Shown: positions 1 to 9,876, counted from the first letter of the stretch. The stretch is DNA of 38,973 nt from an uncultured archaeon (GCA_964632315.1 CAZWEM010000047.1:1-38973), one strand, 5' to 3'. The notes: generated by a model not told the origin, from the letters alone. Numbers and translations: made by a program.

Positions 1-101
1 TCGACACTCCGACCATTATAAAATAGAAGGAAAAAAATAAATACTTGAATACTAAAAAGAAAAAAAGAAATAATTAACTTATGATTGCCTTCTTTACCCT
101 T

Positions 102-215
102 TTATGGTCCTCCTTGGCCATCCGCTGGATACCAATTGGCCATTCCAACCCGAACAACATTTAAAAATGCGAATAATGTTATAATGAAGGTAAGAATTCT
201 ATAGCGCATCTTCAT
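102..215 (-). CDS. Small 37-aa putative secreted peptide precursor MKMRYRILTFIITLFAFLNVVRVGMA-NWYPADGQGGP (not in ORF track)
   Basis: Translated by hand. AGGAGG Shine-Dalgarno at 225-230 (minus), TTTAAATA TATA-like box at about 265-272 (minus), T-rich tract after the stop. Basic N-terminus, hydrophobic core, small residues at -3/-1 (G-M-A). Confidence 0.75.
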   Translation of the reverse strand: MKMRYRILTFIITLFAFLNVVRVGMANWYPADGQGGP

Positions 216-224
216 AGTATTTAT

Positions 225-275
225 CCTCCTATCTTTAAACTGATATTATTTTTAATCACTGAACTATTTAAAGTC
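225..275 (-). promoter_or_regulatory. TATA-like box and Shine-Dalgarno of the small peptide gene, in the divergent intergenic region
   Basis: Minus strand reads ...CTTTAAATAGTTC...AGATAGGAGGATAAATACTATG. Confidence 0.55.
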
Positions 276-323
276 CTAAAAATAAAACTATTTTAAATTC
301 ATTTGAATTAATTAATAACAAAA

Positions 324-3300
324 ATGCCCAATTTTCCTAAACTTAATTTCATTCAAGAAATTTCGAAAGATCTAGAATATTTGAATGAAAAGTATCAAAA
401 ACTTTTGAAAAAATTGAGTTTCTACTTAGGAATTAAACCCATAAAAAGCGAAATGAAATTTACACTTTCAAATATAAATTCTCCAGAAAAATCAATTCTA
501 ATTAATTTTGGAATAAAAAGACAAGTAAAAGATCAGAAAGTCTTCATTAGAATTTATAATGATTATAAAAAATTTTTAGAATTTATTGTATTGCGAGAAT
601 TGTTGATTTTATTTGTCGATAAAAAATTTTGGAAAAATAACTCTATAATTTTAATAGTAAATCAAATTGTAATGCAATTTTTAGTAAATCATCCACTAAT
701 GAATCAATGGCGTTCAAAAATCTGGAAAATTATTAGCCAAAATAAAAAATCAACAATATTATCAGACGAGTATTATCAATTGGAATCAATATTTAATAAT
801 ACTAATCTGAATAATTATCCAAATCCCTCTCAATTCTTTTTTCAATATTTAAACAAATATGGTCATTTGTTTCATAATACTAAAAGAACCTTTAGTTTTA
901 TATTGTTTAAAAATTACCAAGAAATGCTCCAATATTCACTATATAATGATAATTTGATTGAGACGTTAAGAATTTTAACTCTTATTTTTTATAAATCAAA
1001 GAATTTAATGAAACTACAAGATTACAAAAATTCTTTTACAATTCTAAAAAACCAAAATATTCTTGAAACACATTTAAGCTTTAGGAGATTTATTAGGAAT
1101 CTTCGTATTATTCAGAATAAAAGTTTTATCATTCCATCATATCAAATTAATTGGGCTTCAATAAATATAGCAATCATTATTATATTTATTGAATTCAATT
1201 CTAATCTGAATAAGAATGATGTTCTTCAATTTATTAATGAAATCCCATTCTTTGTTTCTCCAAAAAGTTCGATGATTAATTTTTCAGTAATGTGGGCTGG
1301 TTATTTCGTTATTCCATTTGATTATGTCAATGATTGTATCAAATTTATTAAGATGTTAAAGGAAAAAGGTGTAATAGTTAGATTTAAATTAATGTTAAGA
1401 GAATCCCATAGTCACTTTATTAATTTAAACTATTTTAAGGAAACTTTTAACAAAAAAGTTCTTCTAAATCCAAATCATTCTGATTATCGTGAGAATTTAG
1501 AGATAAATTTTTTTATTGAAACTGCTAAAATTAATAAAGTCAATCGATTATCAATACTTGAATTCCTAGTTCTTGATCGAATCAGATCCTACCGTGGATT
1601 GGGATTTGAGAATAAAGCAGAATATATCAAAATTTTCCGATCTGATCTTTTTAAAGAAATTTTAAATCAGAGAAATCTAATAAATGATTTAAAAAAGAAC
1701 CTTAAAAGAGTATTAACACAAAGTAATCTTAAAGAAAGATTGATTGAACTATTTATAGAGTATCAAAAGGAAGATTTTTTTTCAATTAAGAGAAAGATCT
1801 CTTCTTATCTTGAAATTTTAAAATATTTTGGGGAAGATATAGAAAATCGGAATTATACTAATATCGAATTTTTAAAAAATAAATTAAAAAATAAAAAACT
1901 TATACCTTCAATAGAATTCTACGTGTATTTAAAAGATGATTTGCTTAATGATTTTCTTACTACTTTTTTTGAAAATAAAGAGACCTTTAATGAAAAGAGT
2001 AATCTGTATAAAACATTTCTCGAATTGCTAAATTCATTCGCTAAATTAAAAATATTTAATCTTAATACAATCCGCATGATTATAAATGATGAAAAATTAA
2101 TCAATCAACTATTTCTCTCTAAAGAACGGAAGCTTAGTCAGATTTATAATAAATACAAAATTCAGGACATAAATTTATCTAATATAGAAGTAACTATAAA
2201 CAGTTTTATTGATTCAAAACCTCCAATTATAAAACCACTTTTGATTAGTACGATTAATACTAAAAAATATGAGAAAGATTACTTTCAATTACTTATAAAA
2301 GGAATCAAAAGTAATTTATTGAAATTAAATAATTTAAAGAAATTTTTTCCCCGTATTTTAATTGATTCCACTATAGATTTTATAACCGAAGAAAAAATCT
2401 TTTATGTGGAAATCTCATTACCTCCGCTAAATAAAACAGAAAAAAACACTTTTATTTCAATTTTATTAAGCTTATTTGGTTCAGATGATATTTACTTTGG
2501 GAGAAATCTTTTGTGGAGTGGTTTTTTTGGTGGGATTAAAATTTGGGATTTTTATGATGTTGAAAATAAAAATTTTTTTTATACTAAAGATCTTTTTAAT
2601 CAGTTTACCATATTTGCTAATAGCATTTTTAAGGCTAACGAAAATAATATGATTAAAGAAAAATTCCAAAATTTCAGAATTTTATTTTCTAACAATTTAG
2701 ATTTAATTGATTTTATAGATTCTGTAAACAAACGTAAATTATTAGAAAATGAAAGTTATAACCTTGAAGATCTTAATTTGCTTTATAATTTAAATCAAAA
2801 CCTTGAAGAGGTTATAAATGAAAATGAAAAATTAGTAATGAATAAGAAAGTATTTTTTTTTAAGAATCATGTTAAAAATTTAAGCTTTTTTCCTGCTTAT
2901 CATAGATTTGGTTTACAAAAATATATAACATACTTCTTTTCAAACAATTTAAATAAAATAGAGTTTAAAAATATATTAAATAACATTTTAAAAGTCCGAT
3001 ACCCGGCATGCATTGGTAAGTCTATTCCGTTTTTATTAGAATCTGTATTACCCATTGAAATATCTGATCCTCCATTTATGGATTATTTATTAGACCCAAA
3101 TCTGAAGTTACTCGAATTTTGTAGCTTTTTTATTAAAAGAACCATACAAATTTTTCATTTTGAAGGTAATTATACACCTCAAGGCTTGGATTATCAGATT
3201 AACATATTTAAAAGACATATTGAAAGCATCCTTTTTGAAAAAAATTATGAAGATAATCTTTTAAAGCCAAAGGTTTTTGATTTCTCCATAGATAAAGCAA

Positions 3301-3854
3301 TTTCTGAATATAGTTTTGAATCTCCGGAATTTAATGAACTATGTGAAATTTTTAGTTATCATTCCATCGATATAAAATCCTATATTGGAACTAAAAAAGT
3401 AAAAACAGTTGAAAGAATCCAAAACCTTTTGAAAAAGAAACTCATTTTCCCGTATATCAAGCTAAAAAATTTAGGCTTCCAAGAAAGCATTTACTTTATC
3501 ATCCCTAATCTAAACCAAGATTCGATGGAAACTCTCATGAAGATTTTTGGCTGGTTTAATTATGGTTTCATCCATGAAATTGAAGGTATTTATTTCATTC
3601 AAGGGTTTGAAGCACCAATTGATTTTGAGTATGGCTTGATGATGGAAATATACTTTCCAAAGTGTGAACTTGCGGAATTCAAGCAACTCTTTGATATGGT
3701 CTTTGAATACTTAGATATCGAGCATTATCTAATTTTAAAGGATTTTGTAAACGGGGACACCCTTGTTAAAAATGTGTACGAGGATCCCAACTTTTTTGAC
3801 CATTACCATCCATTGAGAAATGTTAAATATAATGGTAAAGATCACAATAAATAG
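324..3854 (+). CDS. Large 1176-aa protein with repeated Lrp/AsnC-like (wHTH + ligand-binding) modules; putative regulator
   Basis: Segments resembling the Lrp HTH-to-RAM junction recur: RRFIRNLRIIQNKSFIIPSYQINWASINI, FFPAYHRFGLQKYITYF, ERIQNLLKKKLIFPYIKLKNLGFQESIYFII. Assignment is by eye. Confidence 0.55.
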   Translation: MPNFPKLNFIQEISKDLEYLNEKYQKLLKKLSFYLGIKPIKSEMKFTLSNINSPEKSILINFGIKRQVKDQKVFIRIYNDYKKFLEFIVLRELLILFVDKKFWKNNSIILIVNQIVMQFLVNHPLMNQWRSKIWKIISQNKKSTILSDEYYQLESIFNNTNLNNYPNPSQFFFQYLNKYGHLFHNTKRTFSFILFKNYQEMLQYSLYNDNLIETLRILTLIFYKSKNLMKLQDYKNSFTILKNQNILETHLSFRRFIRNLRIIQNKSFIIPSYQINWASINIAIIIIFIEFNSNLNKNDVLQFINEIPFFVSPKSSMINFSVMWAGYFVIPFDYVNDCIKFIKMLKEKGVIVRFKLMLRESHSHFINLNYFKETFNKKVLLNPNHSDYRENLEINFFIETAKINKVNRLSILEFLVLDRIRSYRGLGFENKAEYIKIFRSDLFKEILNQRNLINDLKKNLKRVLTQSNLKERLIELFIEYQKEDFFSIKRKISSYLEILKYFGEDIENRNYTNIEFLKNKLKNKKLIPSIEFYVYLKDDLLNDFLTTFFENKETFNEKSNLYKTFLELLNSFAKLKIFNLNTIRMIINDEKLINQLFLSKERKLSQIYNKYKIQDINLSNIEVTINSFIDSKPPIIKPLLISTINTKKYEKDYFQLLIKGIKSNLLKLNNLKKFFPRILIDSTIDFITEEKIFYVEISLPPLNKTEKNTFISILLSLFGSDDIYFGRNLLWSGFFGGIKIWDFYDVENKNFFYTKDLFNQFTIFANSIFKANENNMIKEKFQNFRILFSNNLDLIDFIDSVNKRKLLENESYNLEDLNLLYNLNQNLEEVINENEKLVMNKKVFFFKNHVKNLSFFPAYHRFGLQKYITYFFSNNLNKIEFKNILNNILKVRYPACIGKSIPFLLESVLPIEISDPPFMDYLLDPNLKLLEFCSFFIKRTIQIFHFEGNYTPQGLDYQINIFKRHIESILFEKNYEDNLLKPKVFDFSIDKAISEYSFESPEFNELCEIFSYHSIDIKSYIGTKKVKTVERIQNLLKKKLIFPYIKLKNLGFQESIYFIIPNLNQDSMETLMKIFGWFNYGFIHEIEGIYFIQGFEAPIDFEYGLMMEIYFPKCELAEFKQLFDMVFEYLDIEHYLILKDFVNGDTLVKNVYEDPNFFDHYHPLRNVKYNGKDHNK

Positions 3855-4175
3855 GGATTTGACAAAATCATAAATTCAAAGATAAAATCCTTCTTAATAT
3901 CGGCATTTTACAATAGATTGCCAAGATTAGGAAAGTAGATCTTGATGGAAAGAAAATTTTTCTATTTAATCTTAGCAAATAAGTCATGATCATCCAGTTT
4001 ACTCAATTCTACAAGAAAAAATTTTTTGGGGGTGTATCACGGATTTCATTTTCATATTTAAAGGACCATTTTCACCAAAAATGTCAAACTTTAAAATGCA
4101 CATCTGAAGCTTCTTCTCACCAATTAAAAACGGACCCAAAACTTTAAAAGGCATACTCTGTCACAAAGTAGAATT

Positions 4176-4397
4176 ATGGCACTAGAGGCATTAATGATGG
4201 AGGATAAAAAGTTCCGTTGTCCAAGGTGTAGGAGGGAGAAAATTGTAGATCATGACACCGTGATAAGATGCGTGGTTTGTGATTTAGAATTTGATAAGAG
4301 TGATTTGGAAAGATTTGCAGAGGCGGATATTTTGGCGGTATCCGAAAAACGGGGAATCGCAAGGGTATTACTTGATGAGTTTTGGAAAGATAGGTAG
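4176..4397 (+). CDS. Small CPxC...CxxC zinc-ribbon protein
   Basis: CPRC-x13-CVVC; TTTAAAA TATA-like box about 30 nt upstream. Confidence 0.7.
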   Translation: MALEALMMEDKKFRCPRCRREKIVDHDTVIRCVVCDLEFDKSDLERFAEADILAVSEKRGIARVLLDEFWKDR

Positions 4398-4623
4398 AAG
4401 CTCAATAAGGGTAATATCCTTGTTTTTCCCTTAAATTTTTGATTTCTGAGTCTTAGGAAAAATCTCAAGAATGGCAATCATCGTTTTATTTATACTATTT
4501 CTATTATTTCCTCATGAAATTTTCTTGGTTACGCTAGTCAAAAAGTTTAAAATTTGATAATTTAATTGAATGATATAAGCACGAATAATAATAGAATGAG
4601 TTCTTTTTTGAAGGAGCCAAATA

Positions 4624-5634
4624 ATGCCAGAAGAGGATGAACCAAGCGAGGTATACGATTTTAAGGATTGGAAAGTTGCTGAGTTAAGAGATTTTGCCAG
4701 TAAGAATAACATTAAAATCCCAACAAAATCAAAGAAAGCAGATATCATTAAAATATTGGAAGAAGTAACGTCGAGTCCCGAGTTTGTAGACAGAACACAT
4801 GAGGCGATTTCTGATGAAGAATTAGAGACGGAATTAGTTGCAGGAGAGGAATTCGATCCCGCACTATTGACTAGAGACAAGATGGAGCTTAAATTTTGGC
4901 AGAAACCACCGTTCTCGAGCCTATTGGATCCCGAATTAGCGAAAGATTCAAACGTGGCCTTTTACGATTTATCATCGCTAGTCGACAAGTTTTTCAATAA
5001 CATGCTTGAGGAAGAACTCATTAATTACAAGATTTCTGGAATAGCACTAAAAACTTCTGCAGTACTGCATCACTATAAAATATCAAGCATCATTAGAGAA
5101 GAAGAGGAGATACAGAAGAAAGAAGAACTAGAGAAGTTAAGAGCGCGTCATGGAAGAACGATACCTAAAACATTACCACAACCCATACAACCTAAAATGC
5201 TGATCTCTACTAAGGATGAGTTATTTGAGGCAATGAGGTCTGCAATCATCGAAACGATGCAGAATAAGGAGAAATTAAAAAGAAGGCGATTACGGAGGTT
5301 AGAGGAGAAGAACAAGCGCGTTTTGATGCGTTCCAAAGCACAGTTGCCTCGAGAACTTTTAAAACACATAAGCGGAAAGGAGCAAACTGTTGAGGAGTTA
5401 CATGAAAGTTGGTTTAATAGAGTAAAAGCTAAGGTCGAATTCGACGATAAGGAAACCACTTTCTATGATTTAGCAGAAATTATTAAAAATGAAGAGCAAA
5501 GTCCAATTGGGAGAAAATTTGCGTTCGTGAGATTGTTTTTAGCATTGATGTTTTTATCAACGGGAAATAAAGTGACACTTTCTCAGGAATCGGATTTTAA
5601 AGATTTTTTGGTCGATTTGAAAGTAAAAAAGTGA
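4624..5634 (+). CDS. scpA: Kleisin ScpA (SMC complex) with an extra N-terminal HeH/Rho_N/SAP-like domain
   Basis: DLSSLVDKF...ISGIALKTSAVL N-terminal kleisin motif; C-terminal VRLFLALMFL...LSQESDFKDF wHTH; directly upstream of scpB. Confidence 0.85.
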   Translation: MPEEDEPSEVYDFKDWKVAELRDFASKNNIKIPTKSKKADIIKILEEVTSSPEFVDRTHEAISDEELETELVAGEEFDPALLTRDKMELKFWQKPPFSSLLDPELAKDSNVAFYDLSSLVDKFFNNMLEEELINYKISGIALKTSAVLHHYKISSIIREEEEIQKKEELEKLRARHGRTIPKTLPQPIQPKMLISTKDELFEAMRSAIIETMQNKEKLKRRRLRRLEEKNKRVLMRSKAQLPRELLKHISGKEQTVEELHESWFNRVKAKVEFDDKETTFYDLAEIIKNEEQSPIGRKFAFVRLFLALMFLSTGNKVTLSQESDFKDFLVDLKVKK

Positions 5635-5648
5635 GAGGAGATTAAACC

Positions 5649-6524
5649 ATGAGCGAGAGAGAAAACGATGAAGAGATGATCGATGAGGAATCAATTGAGG
5701 AAGAGAACTCAATTGAAAGTGAAATAGATGAAGAAGAAATGGAAGAAACGGATTTAGATGAATTGCGAGAAGAAAGTTTATCCGAAGAAGATGAAGAGTT
5801 GGATATTGAAGATTTGGAAGAAAATGTTACTGAACCTGAGGAGGATCTAACAGAGGAGGTTGGGGAGGAAGCAGAGGAGCTTGAATTAGAGGAGGATGAA
5901 GAGGAAGAGGATTTAGAAAGTGAGGAAGGTGATATCGAATCAGAAGAAGGAGAAATGGGAGATGCAGAAGCAGAAAAACCTCCTACCGAGGAAGATATAA
6001 GACAAATTAGCAAGAATTTGATAGAAGGGGCGCTATATGCATCAGGATCACCATTAGATATCGAAGAACTGTCAACTAAGCTTGAGATGCCTAAAAAACT
6101 CACCGAGGAATTAGTGAATGAATTAGCATTTGAATATCTAGAACGTGATTCTGCTTTGATAATCGCTCAAGTTGGCGAAAAGTGGCAAATGCAGCTTAAA
6201 CCGGAATACACCGAGCAAGTAAGCAAGTTTGCAAAGGGAGGTGGTATTGCCGAAAAATATCTTAGAACCTTAACAGTTATTGCATTAAAGCAACCAATCT
6301 TGAAATCTCTGCTAGTTAAGTTGCGAGGGTCTGGCGCCTATGAGCATGTAAAGTTTCTCATTGATAATGATCTGATTTCTGCAGTAAAAAAGGGGAGAAC
6401 TCACGAATTAACCACTACAGACAAGTATTCGGAGATGTTTGGGTTACCGAAAGAGATGGCGGAACTAAAAAGAGTCATGATTACTCAATTAGGAGTAGAA
6501 CCAGAGATTAAGAGAGAAGATTAA
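5649..6524 (+). CDS. scpB: SMC-Scp complex subunit ScpB with a ~110-aa acidic N-terminal extension
   Basis: IEGALYASGSPL, LRTLTVIALKQPI...LRGSGAYEHVKFL...TTDKYSEMFGL; GAGGAG RBS. Confidence 0.92.
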   Translation: MSERENDEEMIDEESIEEENSIESEIDEEEMEETDLDELREESLSEEDEELDIEDLEENVTEPEEDLTEEVGEEAEELELEEDEEEEDLESEEGDIESEEGEMGDAEAEKPPTEEDIRQISKNLIEGALYASGSPLDIEELSTKLEMPKKLTEELVNELAFEYLERDSALIIAQVGEKWQMQLKPEYTEQVSKFAKGGGIAEKYLRTLTVIALKQPILKSLLVKLRGSGAYEHVKFLIDNDLISAVKKGRTHELTTTDKYSEMFGLPKEMAELKRVMITQLGVEPEIKRED

Positions 6525-7243
6525 ATATTTTTAACTTGAACGTAATTTAAATAGACAATAATGCTAATTTTTAGAATTTGGTAAAGATGGATTAAGGGAT
6601 TTTTTATTAACCGTGATTTACCAATTTTTCGCCCCATACATTTAATAGAAACCTGTTTGATTCGGAAGCCGGATAAACATGACAAGATAAACATTTCTTG
6701 GGCATAATTGTGCGTTCCCTTGAGATTTTAAAGTAAAAAATTTCCTAAATCCCTGCTGAATGCTCTAAATGAGGATTGGACATCATGAACAGATTTTAAT
6801 CGAAACAGTACTCGAGAGATAAAGAATGAAACTAAAAAGTTTGCGAGATACTTGATCCACTTCTCTTTATATTCACTTCCTTTCAAAAAGCGATTTCCCA
6901 TAATTAAATCACTTTCTCCGTAAAGTAAAGGATTAATGAGGGAAGGAATTTGTTCAGGAGAGTATTATCCATCAGCATCTAATACCATAAGGATATCTGC
7001 GTTATTATCAATACAAAACTTAAGAACCTTACGAAACGTTAAAGCTAGCCCCATATTAAATGGGTTTGATAAAACTATCACTCCTTCATTTTGAGCAAGA
7101 AGACGTGTATTATCCGTACTGCCATCGTCAATGACGACTACCTGAATTTCGCAACCAGGAATGGATGGAATCAAGCGGATTACATTAACAATGCTTTTCT
7201 CTTCATTATAAGCGAGAATAATGATGAAAATTTTTTTCAGCAT
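6521..7243 (-). pseudogene. GT2 (DPM1-like) glycosyltransferase, 240 codons, with two in-frame TAA stops (6965-6967 and 6728-6730)
   Basis: IILAYNEE, IDDGSTD, DADG*YSPEQIPSLINPL...DLIMGNRF...DVQSSFRAFS...FLL*NLKG...GKSRL, all in one frame to the stop at 6521-6523. Confidence 0.85.
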
Positions 7244-7252
7244 AGGCTCTAG

Positions 7253-9850
7253 TCATTTAGATATATAGATCATGCCTTCTAAATCTTCATTTGTTTCACT
7301 ATGGTCGAATTTCTTGGGGATTTTAGACTTTGCAGTAGAATTTATTACTTCAAATTGGTTAATCCTCAGGGTTTCTTTAATATCAAGTGGTTGATCCAAT
7401 TGAAGAAGGGTAGAATTCTTTGTAGATATCACCACTCGAGAGATCTCTTGATTGAGAGGCATTTTCAGTATTGATTTTATATTTCTTAAAGCTTTTATTG
7501 TTAGAATGATTAATCTTCCTTTTTCTGACTTCTCAGATGGTATTTCGTCATATGATTTAGGCCAAGACTCGAAAAGAAGTGATTTTACTGGATAATAGGC
7601 TTTAAACAGTATTTTATGAATCTCTTCACAAATAAATGGCATGATGAAAGATAGAGTGGTTAAAACCTTATAAAAAAGGTTTAAAGCATTCATAATGGCA
7701 TTGTTCCTGGTTTTAGCATCGTCAGAATAAAATCTAAACTTAATTGCTTCGATATAATTATCACAGAGGTCATCCCGGAAAAAAGTTCGAAGAACCATCA
7801 ATCCTTCGTGCCAATTATATCGATCAAAATACTCAGTACTTTGCTTAAGGATTTGATTAAACTGGTCAAAGAAGTAAGATTCAATTTCTGTAAGATCAGG
7901 AATCTCAATTGATAAATTAGATAATTCCACGTTTTGAGCATTTAGGTACAAAAATCGATAAGCGTTCCACATTTTCGTTAAGAAACGAGAAGCACCCACT
8001 AATTGTTCAAAATTACGTTCATATTTATTATTAAATTTTGATTCTGGAAGGCGTTTTTGTTCTGCTAATATTTTTTCTTTGGAAACTGGCTGTTTTGATT
8101 GTTTATTAATCCAAGTAAATTCAAATGGATAATCATCTCCAAGCGATCCCATGGCTGCCCATTGTCTTATGACATCGACTCCAAAATCAGGCATCACCTC
8201 ATCGGGAGATACAATATTTCCATAACTTTTTGACATGTGTCTCCCGTCTGGCCCAGCTACCATCCCGTTTATCATTGTCTCTGTGAAAGGTATTTTCCCC
8301 GTAAGAACCCTACAGCGAAATAAAGTATAAAACATCCATGTCCTGATAATTTCATAACCCTGTGGTCGATGCATTTCTGCATCCATGTATATTCTTTTAA
8401 AGAAATCCTCCTCATCCAACCATTTTGATATTACAAGCGGTGTGATGCTTGAATCAATCCAGCAATCACAAACATCCTTTTCTGAAATAATTGACTCACT
8501 ACCACACTCTGGACATTTTTTCGATGGGGGAGCACTTTTGACTGGATCTATCGGTAGATCTTCTCTGCGAGGTGCTAAAATATATCCACATTCCTTACAA
8601 TACCAAAATGGTATGGGGGTACCAAACACTCTCTGACGAGATATGACCCAATTCCAATCAAGGCCTGTTGCCCAATCAATGAGTCTTTGCTTGTGTTTTT
8701 CCGGATACCATTTTATAGATTCCGCAGAATCAATTATTTCTTCTGAATAATCTTTTAGATTTATGAACCATTGATCAACGGGTAAATATTCAATAGGACG
8801 CCTACAGGATGACCTCTCAGAATGAATGATGACGCTATGCTCGTAATTTTCTACTTTTTCTATTAATCCCATGCCCTCAAGATCTTTTACGATTGCATCA
8901 CGTGCTTCAATTATCGTTAAACCTTGGTATTTGGAGTTAGCATTCATTTTACCATCTTCAGTAAAGATCTGAATTTCATCCAAATCATATTTCAACTTCC
9001 ACTTGATATCCATCTCGTCTCCATAAGTACACACGTAGACGATTCCAGTTCCAAAATTCATGTCTACTTCTGGGTCCATGTATATCGGAACTATTCGGTT
9101 TGCGATTGGAAGCTTAACTTTAGCAGCAGAGAGATCCAAATAGCGTTGATCATTAGGATTGATTAAAACTCCAACACAAGCTTCTATGTATTCCGGTCTC
9201 GTAGTTGCAATCGTGATAAATTCATTTTCTCTATCCGTCAAACCTAGTTTGAGGTACCATAATTTTCCGAGTTCATCTTGATATCCGACCTCTGCTTTAG
9301 CAACTGATGTTTCGCAATTGACACAAAAATGAGTTGGAAACTTAGCTCTATATAATAGCCCTTTTTCAAAGAATTCCAGAAGAGAGATCTGCACCTTTTT
9401 TTTGTACTGATCATCCATTGTACGGTAGGTATACGTCCAATCCGTAGAATACCCTAAATCATTCAATTGACTGGTCATATTTTTAATGTTCATTTCAACC
9501 CATTCAACGCATTTCTTCAGAAATTCATCACGATCATGTTTTGAAATGCCATAATTCTTCGTAACAGATAATTCAACTGGGAGACCATGACAATCAAAGC
9601 CTTGGGGAAAGTAAACGTTTGATCCTCTCATTCTCCGATATCTCGCTACGAAATCAATCCAAGAATGATTTAGGATATGACCCATGTGCAATGTTCCGCT
9701 AACAAAAGGCGGAGGAGTATCAATGGCTAACAATTTTCGACTATCAGTCATATCAAATTTGAATATGTTTTCTTTTCGCCAGAAATCAATCCATTTTTTC
9801 TGAACTTTGGTAAAGTTAAATCTTTTAGGAAATATATTTGCTTGAGTCAT
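7253..9850 (-). CDS. valS: Valine--tRNA ligase (archaeal type)
   Basis: DTPPPFVSGTLHMGH (HIGH), ATTRPE, WVISRQRVFGTPIP, HMSKS (KMSKS variant). Confidence 0.95.
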   Translation of the reverse strand: MTQANIFPKRFNFTKVQKKWIDFWRKENIFKFDMTDSRKLLAIDTPPPFVSGTLHMGHILNHSWIDFVARYRRMRGSNVYFPQGFDCHGLPVELSVTKNYGISKHDRDEFLKKCVEWVEMNIKNMTSQLNDLGYSTDWTYTYRTMDDQYKKKVQISLLEFFEKGLLYRAKFPTHFCVNCETSVAKAEVGYQDELGKLWYLKLGLTDRENEFITIATTRPEYIEACVGVLINPNDQRYLDLSAAKVKLPIANRIVPIYMDPEVDMNFGTGIVYVCTYGDEMDIKWKLKYDLDEIQIFTEDGKMNANSKYQGLTIIEARDAIVKDLEGMGLIEKVENYEHSVIIHSERSSCRRPIEYLPVDQWFINLKDYSEEIIDSAESIKWYPEKHKQRLIDWATGLDWNWVISRQRVFGTPIPFWYCKECGYILAPRREDLPIDPVKSAPPSKKCPECGSESIISEKDVCDCWIDSSITPLVISKWLDEEDFFKRIYMDAEMHRPQGYEIIRTWMFYTLFRCRVLTGKIPFTETMINGMVAGPDGRHMSKSYGNIVSPDEVMPDFGVDVIRQWAAMGSLGDDYPFEFTWINKQSKQPVSKEKILAEQKRLPESKFNNKYERNFEQLVGASRFLTKMWNAYRFLYLNAQNVELSNLSIEIPDLTEIESYFFDQFNQILKQSTEYFDRYNWHEGLMVLRTFFRDDLCDNYIEAIKFRFYSDDAKTRNNAIMNALNLFYKVLTTLSFIMPFICEEIHKILFKAYYPVKSLLFESWPKSYDEIPSEKSEKGRLIILTIKALRNIKSILKMPLNQEISRVVISTKNSTLLQLDQPLDIKETLRINQFEVINSTAKSKIPKKFDHSETNEDLEGMIYISK

Positions 9851-9876
9851 ATTAATTAATCCATTTTAGGTTAATA

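Noticed and set aside
3855-4030. Possible decayed ORF on the minus strand
   Set aside because: It is interrupted by stops and shows no recognisable family motif.
6728-6967. Genome-wide TAA-to-Gln recoding
   Set aside because: Many intact genes here (scpB, coaBC, top6A, mcm, HDAC) end in TAA at their expected termini.
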